Source of the DNA: a virus | Reading direction: 5' to 3' (one strand) | DNA length: 64,000 bases | IMG/VR virus record: IMGVR_UViG_3300031857_000025 | Shown: in pieces, positions 51,817-61,793 of the stretch | Numbering within the stretch: the first letter of the stretch is position 1 | Layout: each line of letters begins with the position of its first letter | Position numbers and translations under genes: made by a program | The notes under the pieces: model-generated | The model's input: the letters and a program-made list of their open reading frames with translations, nothing else | What the model was told of the DNA's origin: nothing | The model's database searches: none

Positions 51817-52301
51817 AACTAGATTATGATGAACTATCGCCTATTACTAATAACCTATGTGTACTAGTTGAGGCATTAGATAATGGCATGAATTCATATA
51901 TGTGTATGGAATCGGGTTTTGTTACTAATGATATGTTACGTATTGAGAGTGATATGGTAACTCAATATGAACAGCATATGTCGCAACTAATGCGTGATGT
52001 AAAGCATATAGATGAGTCGCGTGGGTTAGTTTGGTATCCGACGTATATGCAAGTAGGAAATTTTGCATTATATTGTACCGGCACTTCTGCTAAAGATTTA
52101 GGATGGGAAATTGCTGCTATAGTACCGTTATCTGAGGAAGATAGTAAAAACTATCCAATTCCAGGACAAGAAGGTCAGTATTTCACATCACGTATTGATA
52201 CTGATAATAGTCAATTCTTTATCGATTTTACATCAGCAATGAATGCAATGTACAGTTCAGTTGCGAAATTATATCATGAAAATTTGGAAACGGAGTCATA
52301 A
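51813..52301 (+). CDS. Hypothetical protein
   Basis: 162-aa ORF overlapping the upstream GT by ATGA; no recognised motif. Confidence 0.6.
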   Translation: MKLDYDELSPITNNLCVLVEALDNGMNSYMCMESGFVTNDMLRIESDMVTQYEQHMSQLMRDVKHIDESRGLVWYPTYMQVGNFALYCTGTSAKDLGWEIAAIVPLSEEDSKNYPIPGQEGQYFTSRIDTDNSQFFIDFTSAMNAMYSSVAKLYHENLETES

Positions 52302-52318
52302 TTTAATATATTCAGTGT

Positions 52319-52942
52319 ATGAAAATTAGTTATGCAATAACAGTTTGTAATGAGTTGAAGGAGATTAGCAGATTAGTTAATCTCCTTCACCAAAACAAAC
52401 GCATGGAAGATGAGATTTGTGTTTTATTAGATAAACCAAAAGCATCACAAGAATTATTAGATGAACTTTATTATTGGTCATCCAAAGATATAATCACTTT
52501 AAAGGAAAGCGTATTTCAAGGTCATTTTGCAGACTGGAAAAACGAACTAACCAAAATGTGTTCGGGAGATTATATTTTTCAAATTGATGCCGATGAATAT
52601 CCTCATGAATATCTAATCGAAACATTACCTGAAATATTAGAAACTAATTCTGACGTAGAGGTATATGTTGTTCCAAGAGTTAATACAGTGGACGGTTTAA
52701 CAACACAACATATACAAAAATGGGGATGGCATGTAAATCAAGATGGATGGGTGAACTGGCCAGATCGTCAATGGAGATTATATAAAAATTCTCCGAACAT
52801 TAAATGGAAAAACAAAGTGCATGAAGTGATTGAAGGTTATAAAATAATGGCCCAATTACCGGCATATGAAGATTTTTCTTTATATCATCCAAAAACAATA
52901 GAAAGACAGGAACGTCAAAATAACTACTATGAATCAATCTAG
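52319..52942 (+). CDS. GT2 glycosyltransferase
   Basis: ISYAITVCNE, GDYIFQIDADE, WPDRQWRL, W...VHE. Confidence 0.85.
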   Translation: MKISYAITVCNELKEISRLVNLLHQNKRMEDEICVLLDKPKASQELLDELYYWSSKDIITLKESVFQGHFADWKNELTKMCSGDYIFQIDADEYPHEYLIETLPEILETNSDVEVYVVPRVNTVDGLTTQHIQKWGWHVNQDGWVNWPDRQWRLYKNSPNIKWKNKVHEVIEGYKIMAQLPAYEDFSLYHPKTIERQERQNNYYESI

Positions 52943-53783
52943 CCCGCTCACTTTTTGTATATCAACATATAATAATCTGCCTTATCTTAAGATAGCAATA
53001 GATTCGGTTAGAAAAAATAGTTATTTTAAAGAAGCGCCATTTATAGTTCATTCGGAAAATTGTACAGATGGTACTAACGAATGGTTATTTGAAAACAAAG
53101 AAAGATATAATTTAACATTAGTTATCGAGCCTCAAACTATCGAAGTTAGGGGTATAGGTGGCGGTATGAATGTTTGCGCAGATCATGTCGAAACAGAATA
53201 TATAATGTTTCTGCATTCAGATTTTTATGTTACTAAAAACTGGGATATTGAATTGTTAAAAATACATGAACGATATCCTAATGAAAAGTTATGGGTGAAC
53301 TCTTATAGGATTGAGCCTAATACATTTAATTCCCCAGACCGTCATGGTACAACATTTGTTCCTTTAGATATGTTTGGTGCATATCATTATAATTTCAATT
53401 CAGAAGAATTTGAACAATGGGCTGATGAATTTAAAGTTATGAATCAGTCATATGAAGTCCCAAAAGGTGAAGGTGTTTCGGGTCTAGTTAAAAAAATGGT
53501 ATGGGATGAAGTAGGTGGTAATGATCCAATATTTGCTCCGGCTAGTTGGGATGATATGGATTTATTTTTACGTATGTTACAACATGAAGTTAGATTCGTA
53601 TTACCTGCTACTTCAATAGTATGGCATTTTGGTGCCAGGGGTAGTCATCGATTAGAAGAGAATAATGGGCAAACATCACAACGACAGCGAGATTCAGAAC
53701 AAAAAAATATACAAAAATGGTTGTATAAATGGAAAAGATTACCTATATTTAACGAATATGGTATGATAGAAAAGTTTAATTAA
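52929..53783 (+). CDS. GT2 glycosyltransferase
   Basis: TFCISTYNN, CTDGT, EYIMFLHSD, VGG.D..F...DD.DLF.R, VWHF. Confidence 0.82.
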   Translation: MNQSSPLTFCISTYNNLPYLKIAIDSVRKNSYFKEAPFIVHSENCTDGTNEWLFENKERYNLTLVIEPQTIEVRGIGGGMNVCADHVETEYIMFLHSDFYVTKNWDIELLKIHERYPNEKLWVNSYRIEPNTFNSPDRHGTTFVPLDMFGAYHYNFNSEEFEQWADEFKVMNQSYEVPKGEGVSGLVKKMVWDEVGGNDPIFAPASWDDMDLFLRMLQHEVRFVLPATSIVWHFGARGSHRLEENNGQTSQRQRDSEQKNIQKWLYKWKRLPIFNEYGMIEKFN

Positions 53784-53798
53784 ATAAAAAGGAGACAG

Positions 53799-54371
53799 AT
53801 GTCATTTATGATTAATGAAAAATATGGATTTTGGGAAGGTGGCGGTCATGCAAATCACGTGTTTGATCATCCATTGGCTAATGCACTATTAAATATATTT
53901 AATACGTTAAATATTAAAAGTGTTGTAGACTTTGGTTGTGGAACAGGTGATTATACTAAATTTTTTATTGATAATGGTATAAATTGTGAAGGATATGATG
54001 GAAATCCTAATACTACTGAAGTATCAGGGGGCGTATGCGGAGTATTAAACTTAGCTAATTCCGTAAATTTAGGTAAAACGTTTGATTGTGTACTTAGTTT
54101 AGAAGTAGGTGAACATTTACCTAAAGAGTATGAAGATATTTTTATACAAAATTTAGAAACTCACTCAAAAGGATTAATTATATTATCTTGGGCACTTCCC
54201 GGTCAGGGAGGAGGAGGACATTTTAATGAACAAAGTAATGAATATATCACTGAAAAATTCTTAAAGTTTGGATATAAAAGGCAGGAACATTTAGAATTAC
54301 AACTTAGACAATCACCAGCAAATTGGTGGTTTAGGAATACGATAATGGTGTTTACAACTAAAGACATATGA
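53799..54371 (+). CDS. Class I SAM methyltransferase
   Basis: VVDFGCGTG, GYDGN, FDCVLSLEVGEH, PGQGG.GH.NEQ. Confidence 0.85.
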   Translation: MSFMINEKYGFWEGGGHANHVFDHPLANALLNIFNTLNIKSVVDFGCGTGDYTKFFIDNGINCEGYDGNPNTTEVSGGVCGVLNLANSVNLGKTFDCVLSLEVGEHLPKEYEDIFIQNLETHSKGLIILSWALPGQGGGGHFNEQSNEYITEKFLKFGYKRQEHLELQLRQSPANWWFRNTIMVFTTKDI

Positions 54372-55108
54372 TACACGCAGTTATATTATATTCTACTAAT
54401 GATTATAGATTTTTTGATACTTGTATATCAAATCTAATTAAATCTAACATTCACTGTCATATTGTTACATATTCTCATATGTGGAATGGTTCGGTAGAAA
54501 ATTATGAATTACTTGAAAATAGTATATCACAATTTAAAGGTAATAAGTTAGTTAATTTGTATAACATTGATTGGACAGAAGGACAGTCTCCATGGTATTG
54601 GGAAGCATTGGGTCGATATTTAGCTACGCAGGAAGTATCTGATGATAGTGAATATATACTGTACATTGATATTGATGAAATTATTGATATTGATGATTTT
54701 AATATTTGGAAAAGTAATAATTTCTTAAATTATCAATCATATGATTTGATTAGGTTACCTAACTATTGGTATTTTAGAGAACCAATATACCAAGCTACAT
54801 GTATTGAACATAGTCCAATACTCGTAAACTCACAAATAGCTAAAGTATTACCATTTTATCCAGGCGGCAGAAATGTATACATTGATAGAATTTATAACAA
54901 ACTAACAGATAATTCACAACCATTTATACATCATTATTCATGGGTACGTACTAAAGAAGAAATGTTACGTAAGGTAAATAACTGGGGACATGATAAAGAT
55001 AAAAATTGGTCTGAATTAGTCGAAGAAGAATTTCTTAGACCATTTAATGGTACTGATTTTGTACATAAGTATTCATATACTATAGTAGATAACAAATTTA
55101 ATTTATAA
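54368..55108 (+). CDS. GT2-like glycosyltransferase
   Basis: YILYIDIDE (DxD), HHYSWVR...K..NWGH. Confidence 0.7.
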   Translation: MIHAVILYSTNDYRFFDTCISNLIKSNIHCHIVTYSHMWNGSVENYELLENSISQFKGNKLVNLYNIDWTEGQSPWYWEALGRYLATQEVSDDSEYILYIDIDEIIDIDDFNIWKSNNFLNYQSYDLIRLPNYWYFREPIYQATCIEHSPILVNSQIAKVLPFYPGGRNVYIDRIYNKLTDNSQPFIHHYSWVRTKEEMLRKVNNWGHDKDKNWSELVEEEFLRPFNGTDFVHKYSYTIVDNKFNL

Positions 55109-55113
55109 AAATA

Positions 55114-55737
55114 ATGAAACAGTTAACAACAATAGGGTTACAGACTAACACTGATAAAGCAACGTACCATAGATTTACGGAAATTTATGATGATATATTC
55201 TCACAATACACATCGCCTAGAATTTTGGAAATTGGTGTATATAATTTTGCTTCGATAGCAATGTATCAACAATACTTTAATAATCCATATATAGTAGCTA
55301 TGGATATAGATGATAAGTCGCAATATGTTAATGATAGTTGGAAATTTGTACATGGTGATCAAACTAAAATTGAGGATTTAGCTAAATGTGTATGTGATGA
55401 GAGTGAAAAATTTGATATTATTCTAGATGACGGTGGACATACTATGAAACAGCAGCAAATAACTTTTGGGTTTTTAATAGATTATGTGAAACCTGGAGGG
55501 TATTATATACTAGAAGATCTTCATACTTCATTCAGACGTGATTATATTGACAGTGATTGTAAAGTAACTACGTATGATATGTTAATTTATATATACAACA
55601 ATGAGTTAAATTTTAGTAATTATATAGATATGACCCAACAAAATAATATACTAAATAAAATCGACGATATAACAATATGGGCTAAAGATACTGATAATTT
55701 ATATGACAGTGTCACTGCTATAATAAAGATAAAGTAA
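55114..55737 (+). CDS. SAM-dependent (sugar) O-methyltransferase
   Basis: TDK...H.F..IY, LEIGV, GDQ, DIILDDGGH, PGGYYILEDLHTS. Confidence 0.82.
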   Translation: MKQLTTIGLQTNTDKATYHRFTEIYDDIFSQYTSPRILEIGVYNFASIAMYQQYFNNPYIVAMDIDDKSQYVNDSWKFVHGDQTKIEDLAKCVCDESEKFDIILDDGGHTMKQQQITFGFLIDYVKPGGYYILEDLHTSFRRDYIDSDCKVTTYDMLIYIYNNELNFSNYIDMTQQNNILNKIDDITIWAKDTDNLYDSVTAIIKIK

Positions 55738-55743
55738 TTTAAT

Positions 55744-56469
55744 ATGTTAATAGCAACACTTAACCATAACCTACCTGAGTTAACAGATAATCTTGTTAAT
55801 CAACTTAAACGTGATCCATTATTTACGTCATGTGAATTAATGGTCATTGATAATGGTTCAAAAACTCAATTAGCTAAATCAACCACTCATCAGTTACAAG
55901 AAAATATTTTCTTCGGAGGCGGACTAAATGCAGCTATTGAGTATTTTTTATCTACAGACCATGACTATCTATATTTTCTAAATAATGATTTAATATTTCA
56001 TGGACCTGCATTTTTAACAGTGTCACTTAAAGAAGCAAAAGAATCGGCTGCTGCAGTATATTCACCGTCTATTATCAATGCATCAACTGATCAGTGTCAT
56101 TGGCGTCAGATGTGGAACTGGGGTCAAGGTCTACGTGATGTTAAGTGGATTGATTTTCAATGTCCATTATTACGTAGAGATGTTTTAGAAATTATACGAC
56201 AATATCCAGAAGAATTAATATATGGATGGGGAAATGATTTTTATACAGGATGTATTTCTGAACAATATAATTTAAAAACAGTTGTATCAGATACTAATAC
56301 TATTTGTCATTTGAATTCACAAACATTTGCTCAAAATAAAATTGATATTGGCGTTTCTGAGTTTTGTCGAAGAGCCGAAACAAATATGAATAACTTTTTT
56401 AGGAATTCTGAAATGAATTCATTATACTTAAGTTTAAGAACTTATAGCGAAACTTATGACCCTAGATAA
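55744..56469 (+). CDS. GT2 glycosyltransferase
   Basis: LNHN, VIDNGS, FGGG.N, YFLNND, GWG.D. Confidence 0.78.
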   Translation: MLIATLNHNLPELTDNLVNQLKRDPLFTSCELMVIDNGSKTQLAKSTTHQLQENIFFGGGLNAAIEYFLSTDHDYLYFLNNDLIFHGPAFLTVSLKEAKESAAAVYSPSIINASTDQCHWRQMWNWGQGLRDVKWIDFQCPLLRRDVLEIIRQYPEELIYGWGNDFYTGCISEQYNLKTVVSDTNTICHLNSQTFAQNKIDIGVSEFCRRAETNMNNFFRNSEMNSLYLSLRTYSETYDPR

Positions 56470-57088
56470 TTTAGCGAACAAATATGACACGGATAAAGGC
56501 CCGGAAGGTCATATGTACACTTCTAAGTATAGCATTTACTTAGAAGCTTATAGAGATATAGAATTTAATCTTTTAGAAATTGGCGTATATAACGGAGCAT
56601 CTGTTAAAATGTGGAAAGAGTACTTTCCAAAAGCGAATATAGTAGCTATAGACATTGATCCTAGATGTAAAGAATATGAAGAAGACAGAATTACTATCCA
56701 TATAGGAGATCAGACAGATGTGAATTTTTTAAATGAAGTGTTTGATAAACATGGTCATTTTGAAGTGATATTAGATGATGGTGGGCATTCATTTAAACAG
56801 CAAATCATTTCATTTGAAACTTTATTTCCTAGATTGACGTCAGGCGGATTGTATTTTCTAGAAGATATGCATACATCATACAGACCTAAAAGTATATGGG
56901 ATGATTATTATATTACGGGAGTAAACTATTTTAAAAATTTAATTGACGCCGTAAATCTAAATGGCAAAAGCTTTTGTGGTTATAAAGAAATTAATAACCA
57001 GCCATTAACCTATTTAGAAAGAAATGTAGACTATATACATTTTTACAAAAGTATGTTAACAATCGGAAAAAAAGAAACTAGTCTATGA
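56456..57088 (+). CDS. SAM-dependent (sugar) O-methyltransferase (paralog of 55114)
   Basis: TDK...H.Y..KY, LLEIGV, AIDID, GDQ, ILDDGGH, GGLYFLEDMHTS. Confidence 0.82.
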   Translation: MTLDNLANKYDTDKGPEGHMYTSKYSIYLEAYRDIEFNLLEIGVYNGASVKMWKEYFPKANIVAIDIDPRCKEYEEDRITIHIGDQTDVNFLNEVFDKHGHFEVILDDGGHSFKQQIISFETLFPRLTSGGLYFLEDMHTSYRPKSIWDDYYITGVNYFKNLIDAVNLNGKSFCGYKEINNQPLTYLERNVDYIHFYKSMLTIGKKETSL

Positions 57089-57894
57089 TATCATGCGATT
57101 TTAACGGCCGATTAGGAAATAATTTATTTCAAATAGCTACTGTAGTATCATTGGCTAATCAAATCGGCATTGATTTTATTTTACCAGAGTTAACGCATGC
57201 GGGTCATAGAGGTGACATACCAGTCGATTTAAGTATGTTTGCCTATCCTTTTAATCGAGGTAAGAATGAAATTGATCATGAATATCATGAATCTTCTTTT
57301 GAATACGGTTATATCGAGCCTAAAGATAAATTAAATTTAGGAGGATTTTTTCAATCATGGAAGTATTTTGAAAATATCAAAGAGCTACTATTAAATAAAT
57401 ACTTTATTCCATCGTCTAATGTTTTAGAAGGATTGAGTAAGTATATAATATCTGATAATAGCTTAGGAATTAGTGTTAGACGCGGTGACTATTTAATGTT
57501 ACAAGATAACCATTGTGTTTTAGATGTTACATATTATCAAGAAGTACTTGATACATATTTTCAAGATAATATTGACCAAATATTTGTATTTTCAGATGAT
57601 CTGGATTGGTGTAAATCAATTTTTGGGCCTGAAGTAAATTATGTTCAAGACTCAATAGGAGTGCAATTATTCTTGATGACTAAGATGAAACATTTAATTT
57701 TATCTAATAGTACTTTTGCATGGTGGGGTGGATATTTAAACCAGAATAGTGGAATTATAGTTGCTCCGAACCCATGGTTCGGACCCAATAACGCTAATAT
57801 AAACACATATGATTTATATTATAAAAATTGGGTACTACACAATCATAATATTATATCACATGACTATCAGTTAACACTAAATATGTTTAATTAA
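57085..57894 (+). CDS. GT11 alpha-1,2-fucosyltransferase-like enzyme
   Basis: GRLGNNLFQ, GFFQSWKYF, SVRRGDY, FSDD..WC, SNSTFAWWG, P.PWF. Confidence 0.88.
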   Translation: MISCDFNGRLGNNLFQIATVVSLANQIGIDFILPELTHAGHRGDIPVDLSMFAYPFNRGKNEIDHEYHESSFEYGYIEPKDKLNLGGFFQSWKYFENIKELLLNKYFIPSSNVLEGLSKYIISDNSLGISVRRGDYLMLQDNHCVLDVTYYQEVLDTYFQDNIDQIFVFSDDLDWCKSIFGPEVNYVQDSIGVQLFLMTKMKHLILSNSTFAWWGGYLNQNSGIIVAPNPWFGPNNANINTYDLYYKNWVLHNHNIISHDYQLTLNMFN

Positions 57895-57895
57895 T

Positions 57896-58771
57896 ATGAA
57901 AATAATGCACATAATATACCAGATGCATGTAACGTGGTTTGAAACTGAAATGGCTCTTGAAACTATGCAATCCGTTAAAGAAGCTATTACGTATACAAAT
58001 CTACCAGTTAAAATTAAATTATGCTTTAATAAGCAAACAAAATTTGACACACCGATTAATAAGACTATTGATGATATGTTTATTGAATTACTGGAACATG
58101 ATTTAGTTAAACAATCTGAAATAACTTGGAAGACGGATGATGATGAATTTTATAATGTCGGCGATTGGCGTCGTGATTGTTATGACGCCAATAATATTAC
58201 TATCTGGGGCGAGTCTGATTGCTTAGTACCTACTACATATTTTGGATATATTGAAAACATATTTACATCTAATATATCATATCCGTTTATAGTTACAATT
58301 AAGCAAAAGAAAATGTGGGATGAATCATGGGGACCTACCGAACATGAAGCGTTTCAAAATTTTAATTTAGATCAAGTACGTTCCATAAATAATAAATTTG
58401 TTACAGGTGAAGGATTATTAAATTTAGATGAATTAAATACATTTAATAATGCATTTAGTGAATTTCATGATCTTAAGTCTATAGATTATTATAAAGGCGA
58501 TGGCGCATTAGTTTGTTTGAGTCCAAATATGCCAGTACCATTTATATCACCTAAACTACATATGTGCGGCGAGGATACATACTTTTTTAATTACTGTCGT
58601 ATAAAACAAATACCTATGTATACTATTGCATATTATATGAAAGGTCATAATACAGCACATCCTAAAAAACGTACTAATCATACTCGGAGCCAATCACAAC
58701 ATCATGAATTTTCATTATTTGATAATAATATGAGAATAGTCGCATCAACTAGTTTAAATGAATTATTATGA
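57896..58771 (+). CDS. Putative GT-A glycosyltransferase
   Basis: IWGESD (ExD), GED..F and HN..HP; lies inside the glycan cluster. Confidence 0.5.
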   Translation: MKIMHIIYQMHVTWFETEMALETMQSVKEAITYTNLPVKIKLCFNKQTKFDTPINKTIDDMFIELLEHDLVKQSEITWKTDDDEFYNVGDWRRDCYDANNITIWGESDCLVPTTYFGYIENIFTSNISYPFIVTIKQKKMWDESWGPTEHEAFQNFNLDQVRSINNKFVTGEGLLNLDELNTFNNAFSEFHDLKSIDYYKGDGALVCLSPNMPVPFISPKLHMCGEDTYFFNYCRIKQIPMYTIAYYMKGHNTAHPKKRTNHTRSQSQHHEFSLFDNNMRIVASTSLNELL

Positions 58772-59736
58772 TAATAACATCATGTCCGTTACGAATATCA
58801 TTAGTAGGTGGTTCTACAGACAACCCACGTTTCTTAGAAAAGTATGGCAGTGGTTCTGTGATTAGTTTTGCATCCAACTTACATGTATATATTACTCTGC
58901 ATCAGGATATATTTGGTGCTACTTCATTGGATAAGAAATATATTATCAATTATTCAAAACGTGAATCTGTAAATAATATAAAGCAAATCGAAAATGAGCT
59001 AGTACGTAGTTGTTTTGAATATCTTGATGTAGAACATCTGAATTGTTTTATGACATCTGATGTATTTTCAGTAGGATCTGGATTGGCATCTTCATCTGCA
59101 TATTTACTTGCATTAATTAAATCTATATATGCATTACGTAAACAGTATGTTACTGAATTTGAGGTATGTAAAATAGCGGAACGTATTGAAAGGACATTTA
59201 ATCCGTTAGTCGGTCAACAAGACTTTTATGGATCCATGGGTGGATTAAAAAAAATTAAATTTTATAATAAGTATGATCCTGAAATTAGATATCTAGATAC
59301 GACTATTTTTAGTGATATGGATATGTATTTAGTATATACAGGTATAACACGTAGCTCTACAACAGTATTAGAGAGTTTAAATGTTGATAAGTCGGTTACA
59401 TTACTAAATGATGTTAATGACTTAGAAATAGCAATCAATACAAATGATTTAGATCTATTTCATAGCGTTATTAATAGAACATGGTCAAATAAAAAACAGA
59501 CGTCTAGTGTTATTTGCGAAAATACTACATTAATTGAACTTGATAAGCGACTAACGCAAGATAATAATGTGTTATCTCATAAACTACTAGGCGCTGGTAA
59601 TGGAGGGTATTTTTTATTGTTTACCCGTAAGGGTATCGAATCTATTATACAAGGTTCTTATAATAACGTGAATAAAATTTATATATCCGATATTGGATTA
59701 AATACAACTAACTTATATGATACTACAAGACTATAA
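58768..59736 (+). CDS. hddA: GHMP kinase, D-glycero-alpha-D-manno-heptose-7-phosphate kinase-like
   Basis: PLRISLVGGSTD, GSGLASSSA, GQQD.Y...GG, KLLGAGNGGY; adjacent to gmhA. Confidence 0.82.
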   Translation: MIITSCPLRISLVGGSTDNPRFLEKYGSGSVISFASNLHVYITLHQDIFGATSLDKKYIINYSKRESVNNIKQIENELVRSCFEYLDVEHLNCFMTSDVFSVGSGLASSSAYLLALIKSIYALRKQYVTEFEVCKIAERIERTFNPLVGQQDFYGSMGGLKKIKFYNKYDPEIRYLDTTIFSDMDMYLVYTGITRSSTTVLESLNVDKSVTLLNDVNDLEIAINTNDLDLFHSVINRTWSNKKQTSSVICENTTLIELDKRLTQDNNVLSHKLLGAGNGGYFLLFTRKGIESIIQGSYNNVNKIYISDIGLNTTNLYDTTRL

Positions 59737-60217
59737 ACAATGCGTATCTGATATATCAGAACGTCAATTGGCAGAACTCAAGACTATTATTAATAATTAC
59801 CATGACATTATCATTTTAGGAAATGGCGGTAGTAATGCAATTAGTAGCCATATCGCAGAAGATTATACAAAGACGTTAGGAAAACGTGCATTATCCTTTA
59901 GTGACTCAGCACGTATGAGTTGTTATGCAAACGACTACGGATGGGAAAGGGCATATTCAATGTTTATAAAACATTTTGCAATAGACACTACGTTAGTAAT
60001 TTTAATATCATCATCTGGTAATTCAGATAATATATTACAGGCAGCAGAGTATTGTGTAGTACACAGTATACCATTTATAACATTATCAGGTTTTTTAGTT
60101 TCAAACAAATTAAATAACTGTTATGGTAGTAAGTCTTTAATTAACTTCCATATTAATAGTAATGACTATGGTATTGTAGAATGTATTCATGAATTAATAT
60201 TACATTCAGTGCTATGA
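59717..60217 (+). CDS. gmhA: Phosphoheptose isomerase (SIS domain)
   Basis: GNGGSNAISSH, ANDYG, ISSSGNS.NI, LSG, YG.VE..H..ILH. Confidence 0.88.
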   Translation: MILQDYKQCVSDISERQLAELKTIINNYHDIIILGNGGSNAISSHIAEDYTKTLGKRALSFSDSARMSCYANDYGWERAYSMFIKHFAIDTTLVILISSSGNSDNILQAAEYCVVHSIPFITLSGFLVSNKLNNCYGSKSLINFHINSNDYGIVECIHELILHSVL

Positions 60218-60930
60218 TATATTGTTTTGATCTAGATAATACAATTTGTAAAACTATTGATAAAGATTATAGTAATGCATTACCGGATCTTTATGTTATT
60301 AATTCTATTAACCAATTATACGATAGTGGTAATCAAATAAAAATATTTACGGCCCGTGGCATGGGTCAGTTTAATGGTAATATTCATAAAGTGTATGATT
60401 ACCATTATATGGCTACTAAAATGCAATTAGAGGCATGGAACGTAAAACATCATGAATTAATATTAGGTAAACCGTCATATGATATTTTCGTTGATGATAA
60501 AAATATGACAGTTGAACTATTTAAGAAGTATGCAATACGAGGTGTAATTGCAGGAGCTTTCGATGTGATACATCCAGGGTATATACATATGTTTCAGGAA
60601 ATGTCTAAATTATGTACACATTTAACAGTATTACTACATACCGATCCTACATTGGAACGACCATCTAAATTAAAACCTATATTAACAATTGACGAACGTT
60701 GTAGTATATTATCGTCTATTCGTTATGTGGATGATGTTATAGTATATAATACTGAAGATGAATTATATGAGATACTTAAAAATAGTGAGTTTAATATTAG
60801 GTTTTTAGGTAAAGATTATTTATATTCAGACTATACCGGAAAAGATTTACCTATTAATATACATTTTATCAATAGGGATCATGGATGGTCATCGACAAAA
60901 TTTAAAAAACTAATTGCATCTAACATTTAA
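60214..60930 (+). CDS. Fusion of a HAD phosphatase and a cytidylyltransferase-family nucleotidyltransferase
   Basis: N-terminal half FDLDNTIC, FTARG, GKP..D.FVDDK; C-terminal half GAFDVIHPGY, ER...L...RYVD.V, G.DY, SSTK. Confidence 0.82.
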   Translation: MIYCFDLDNTICKTIDKDYSNALPDLYVINSINQLYDSGNQIKIFTARGMGQFNGNIHKVYDYHYMATKMQLEAWNVKHHELILGKPSYDIFVDDKNMTVELFKKYAIRGVIAGAFDVIHPGYIHMFQEMSKLCTHLTVLLHTDPTLERPSKLKPILTIDERCSILSSIRYVDDVIVYNTEDELYEILKNSEFNIRFLGKDYLYSDYTGKDLPINIHFINRDHGWSSTKFKKLIASNI

Positions 60931-60941
60931 AGGATAATTAT

Positions 60942-61793
60942 ATGAATAGTAGTTTTGAAAAAAATATACATTATGTATGGCTAGGAAATGAGCCACATGA
61001 AATGATGTTTGTAGAGTATCTAAGTATAGTATCTTCTATAATGTATTGTCAACCGAAGTCTATAAACATATGGTCTGAAGTAGATTTTTATGGTAAGTAT
61101 TATGAAGCACTAAAAGACGTGTTAACGATACATAAAATAAAAAAGGATCTGGAGATATATGGTAATAAAATTATTCATACACCTATACACGGATGGTCTG
61201 ATATATATAGAAACTTGATTATTTATGAATATGGCGGCATTTACTGTGATTTTGATATATTATGGTGTAAAGATATCTCACCTTTATTAGAAAGTATAGA
61301 TTCATTTGCTATAGCCGAACAGGGAATCCATGGCCGTGAAGGGTGTAATATGGGTGTTATGATCGGTGAAAAGAATCATAAATTCTGTGAAATGTATCTG
61401 CAACTATATCAAAAATACGATGAATATGAACAAAAAAATCATATAGGTTTATTCTCAACACAATATCCTCAACAGATTGCATTATCAATTAAAGATGAAA
61501 TGACAATTTTACCATATACAACATTCCATTGGCCGTTATATCATACAAATTCTATACGATGGTTTTATTTTAATCGACCCGATGATAAAAATACATTAGT
61601 AGATAATCTAAGTGGTCAGTTATCATCGGATACGTTACTTGATAATTATGCACATCATTGTTTTGGAATTAAACACCCTGGAATAAATGAGTATATTACA
61701 GAGGAATTTATACTTAATGAAGACACATCATTTACACGAAAAGCAAAGGCAGTATTAAATTATGGAAAAAATAACTTTTTGCATTCCAAGTAA
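60942..61793 (+). CDS. GT32-like DxD glycosyltransferase
   Basis: IHYVWLG, SDIYR, YGGIYCDFD. Confidence 0.8.
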   Translation: MNSSFEKNIHYVWLGNEPHEMMFVEYLSIVSSIMYCQPKSINIWSEVDFYGKYYEALKDVLTIHKIKKDLEIYGNKIIHTPIHGWSDIYRNLIIYEYGGIYCDFDILWCKDISPLLESIDSFAIAEQGIHGREGCNMGVMIGEKNHKFCEMYLQLYQKYDEYEQKNHIGLFSTQYPQQIALSIKDEMTILPYTTFHWPLYHTNSIRWFYFNRPDDKNTLVDNLSGQLSSDTLLDNYAHHCFGIKHPGINEYITEEFILNEDTSFTRKAKAVLNYGKNNFLHSK

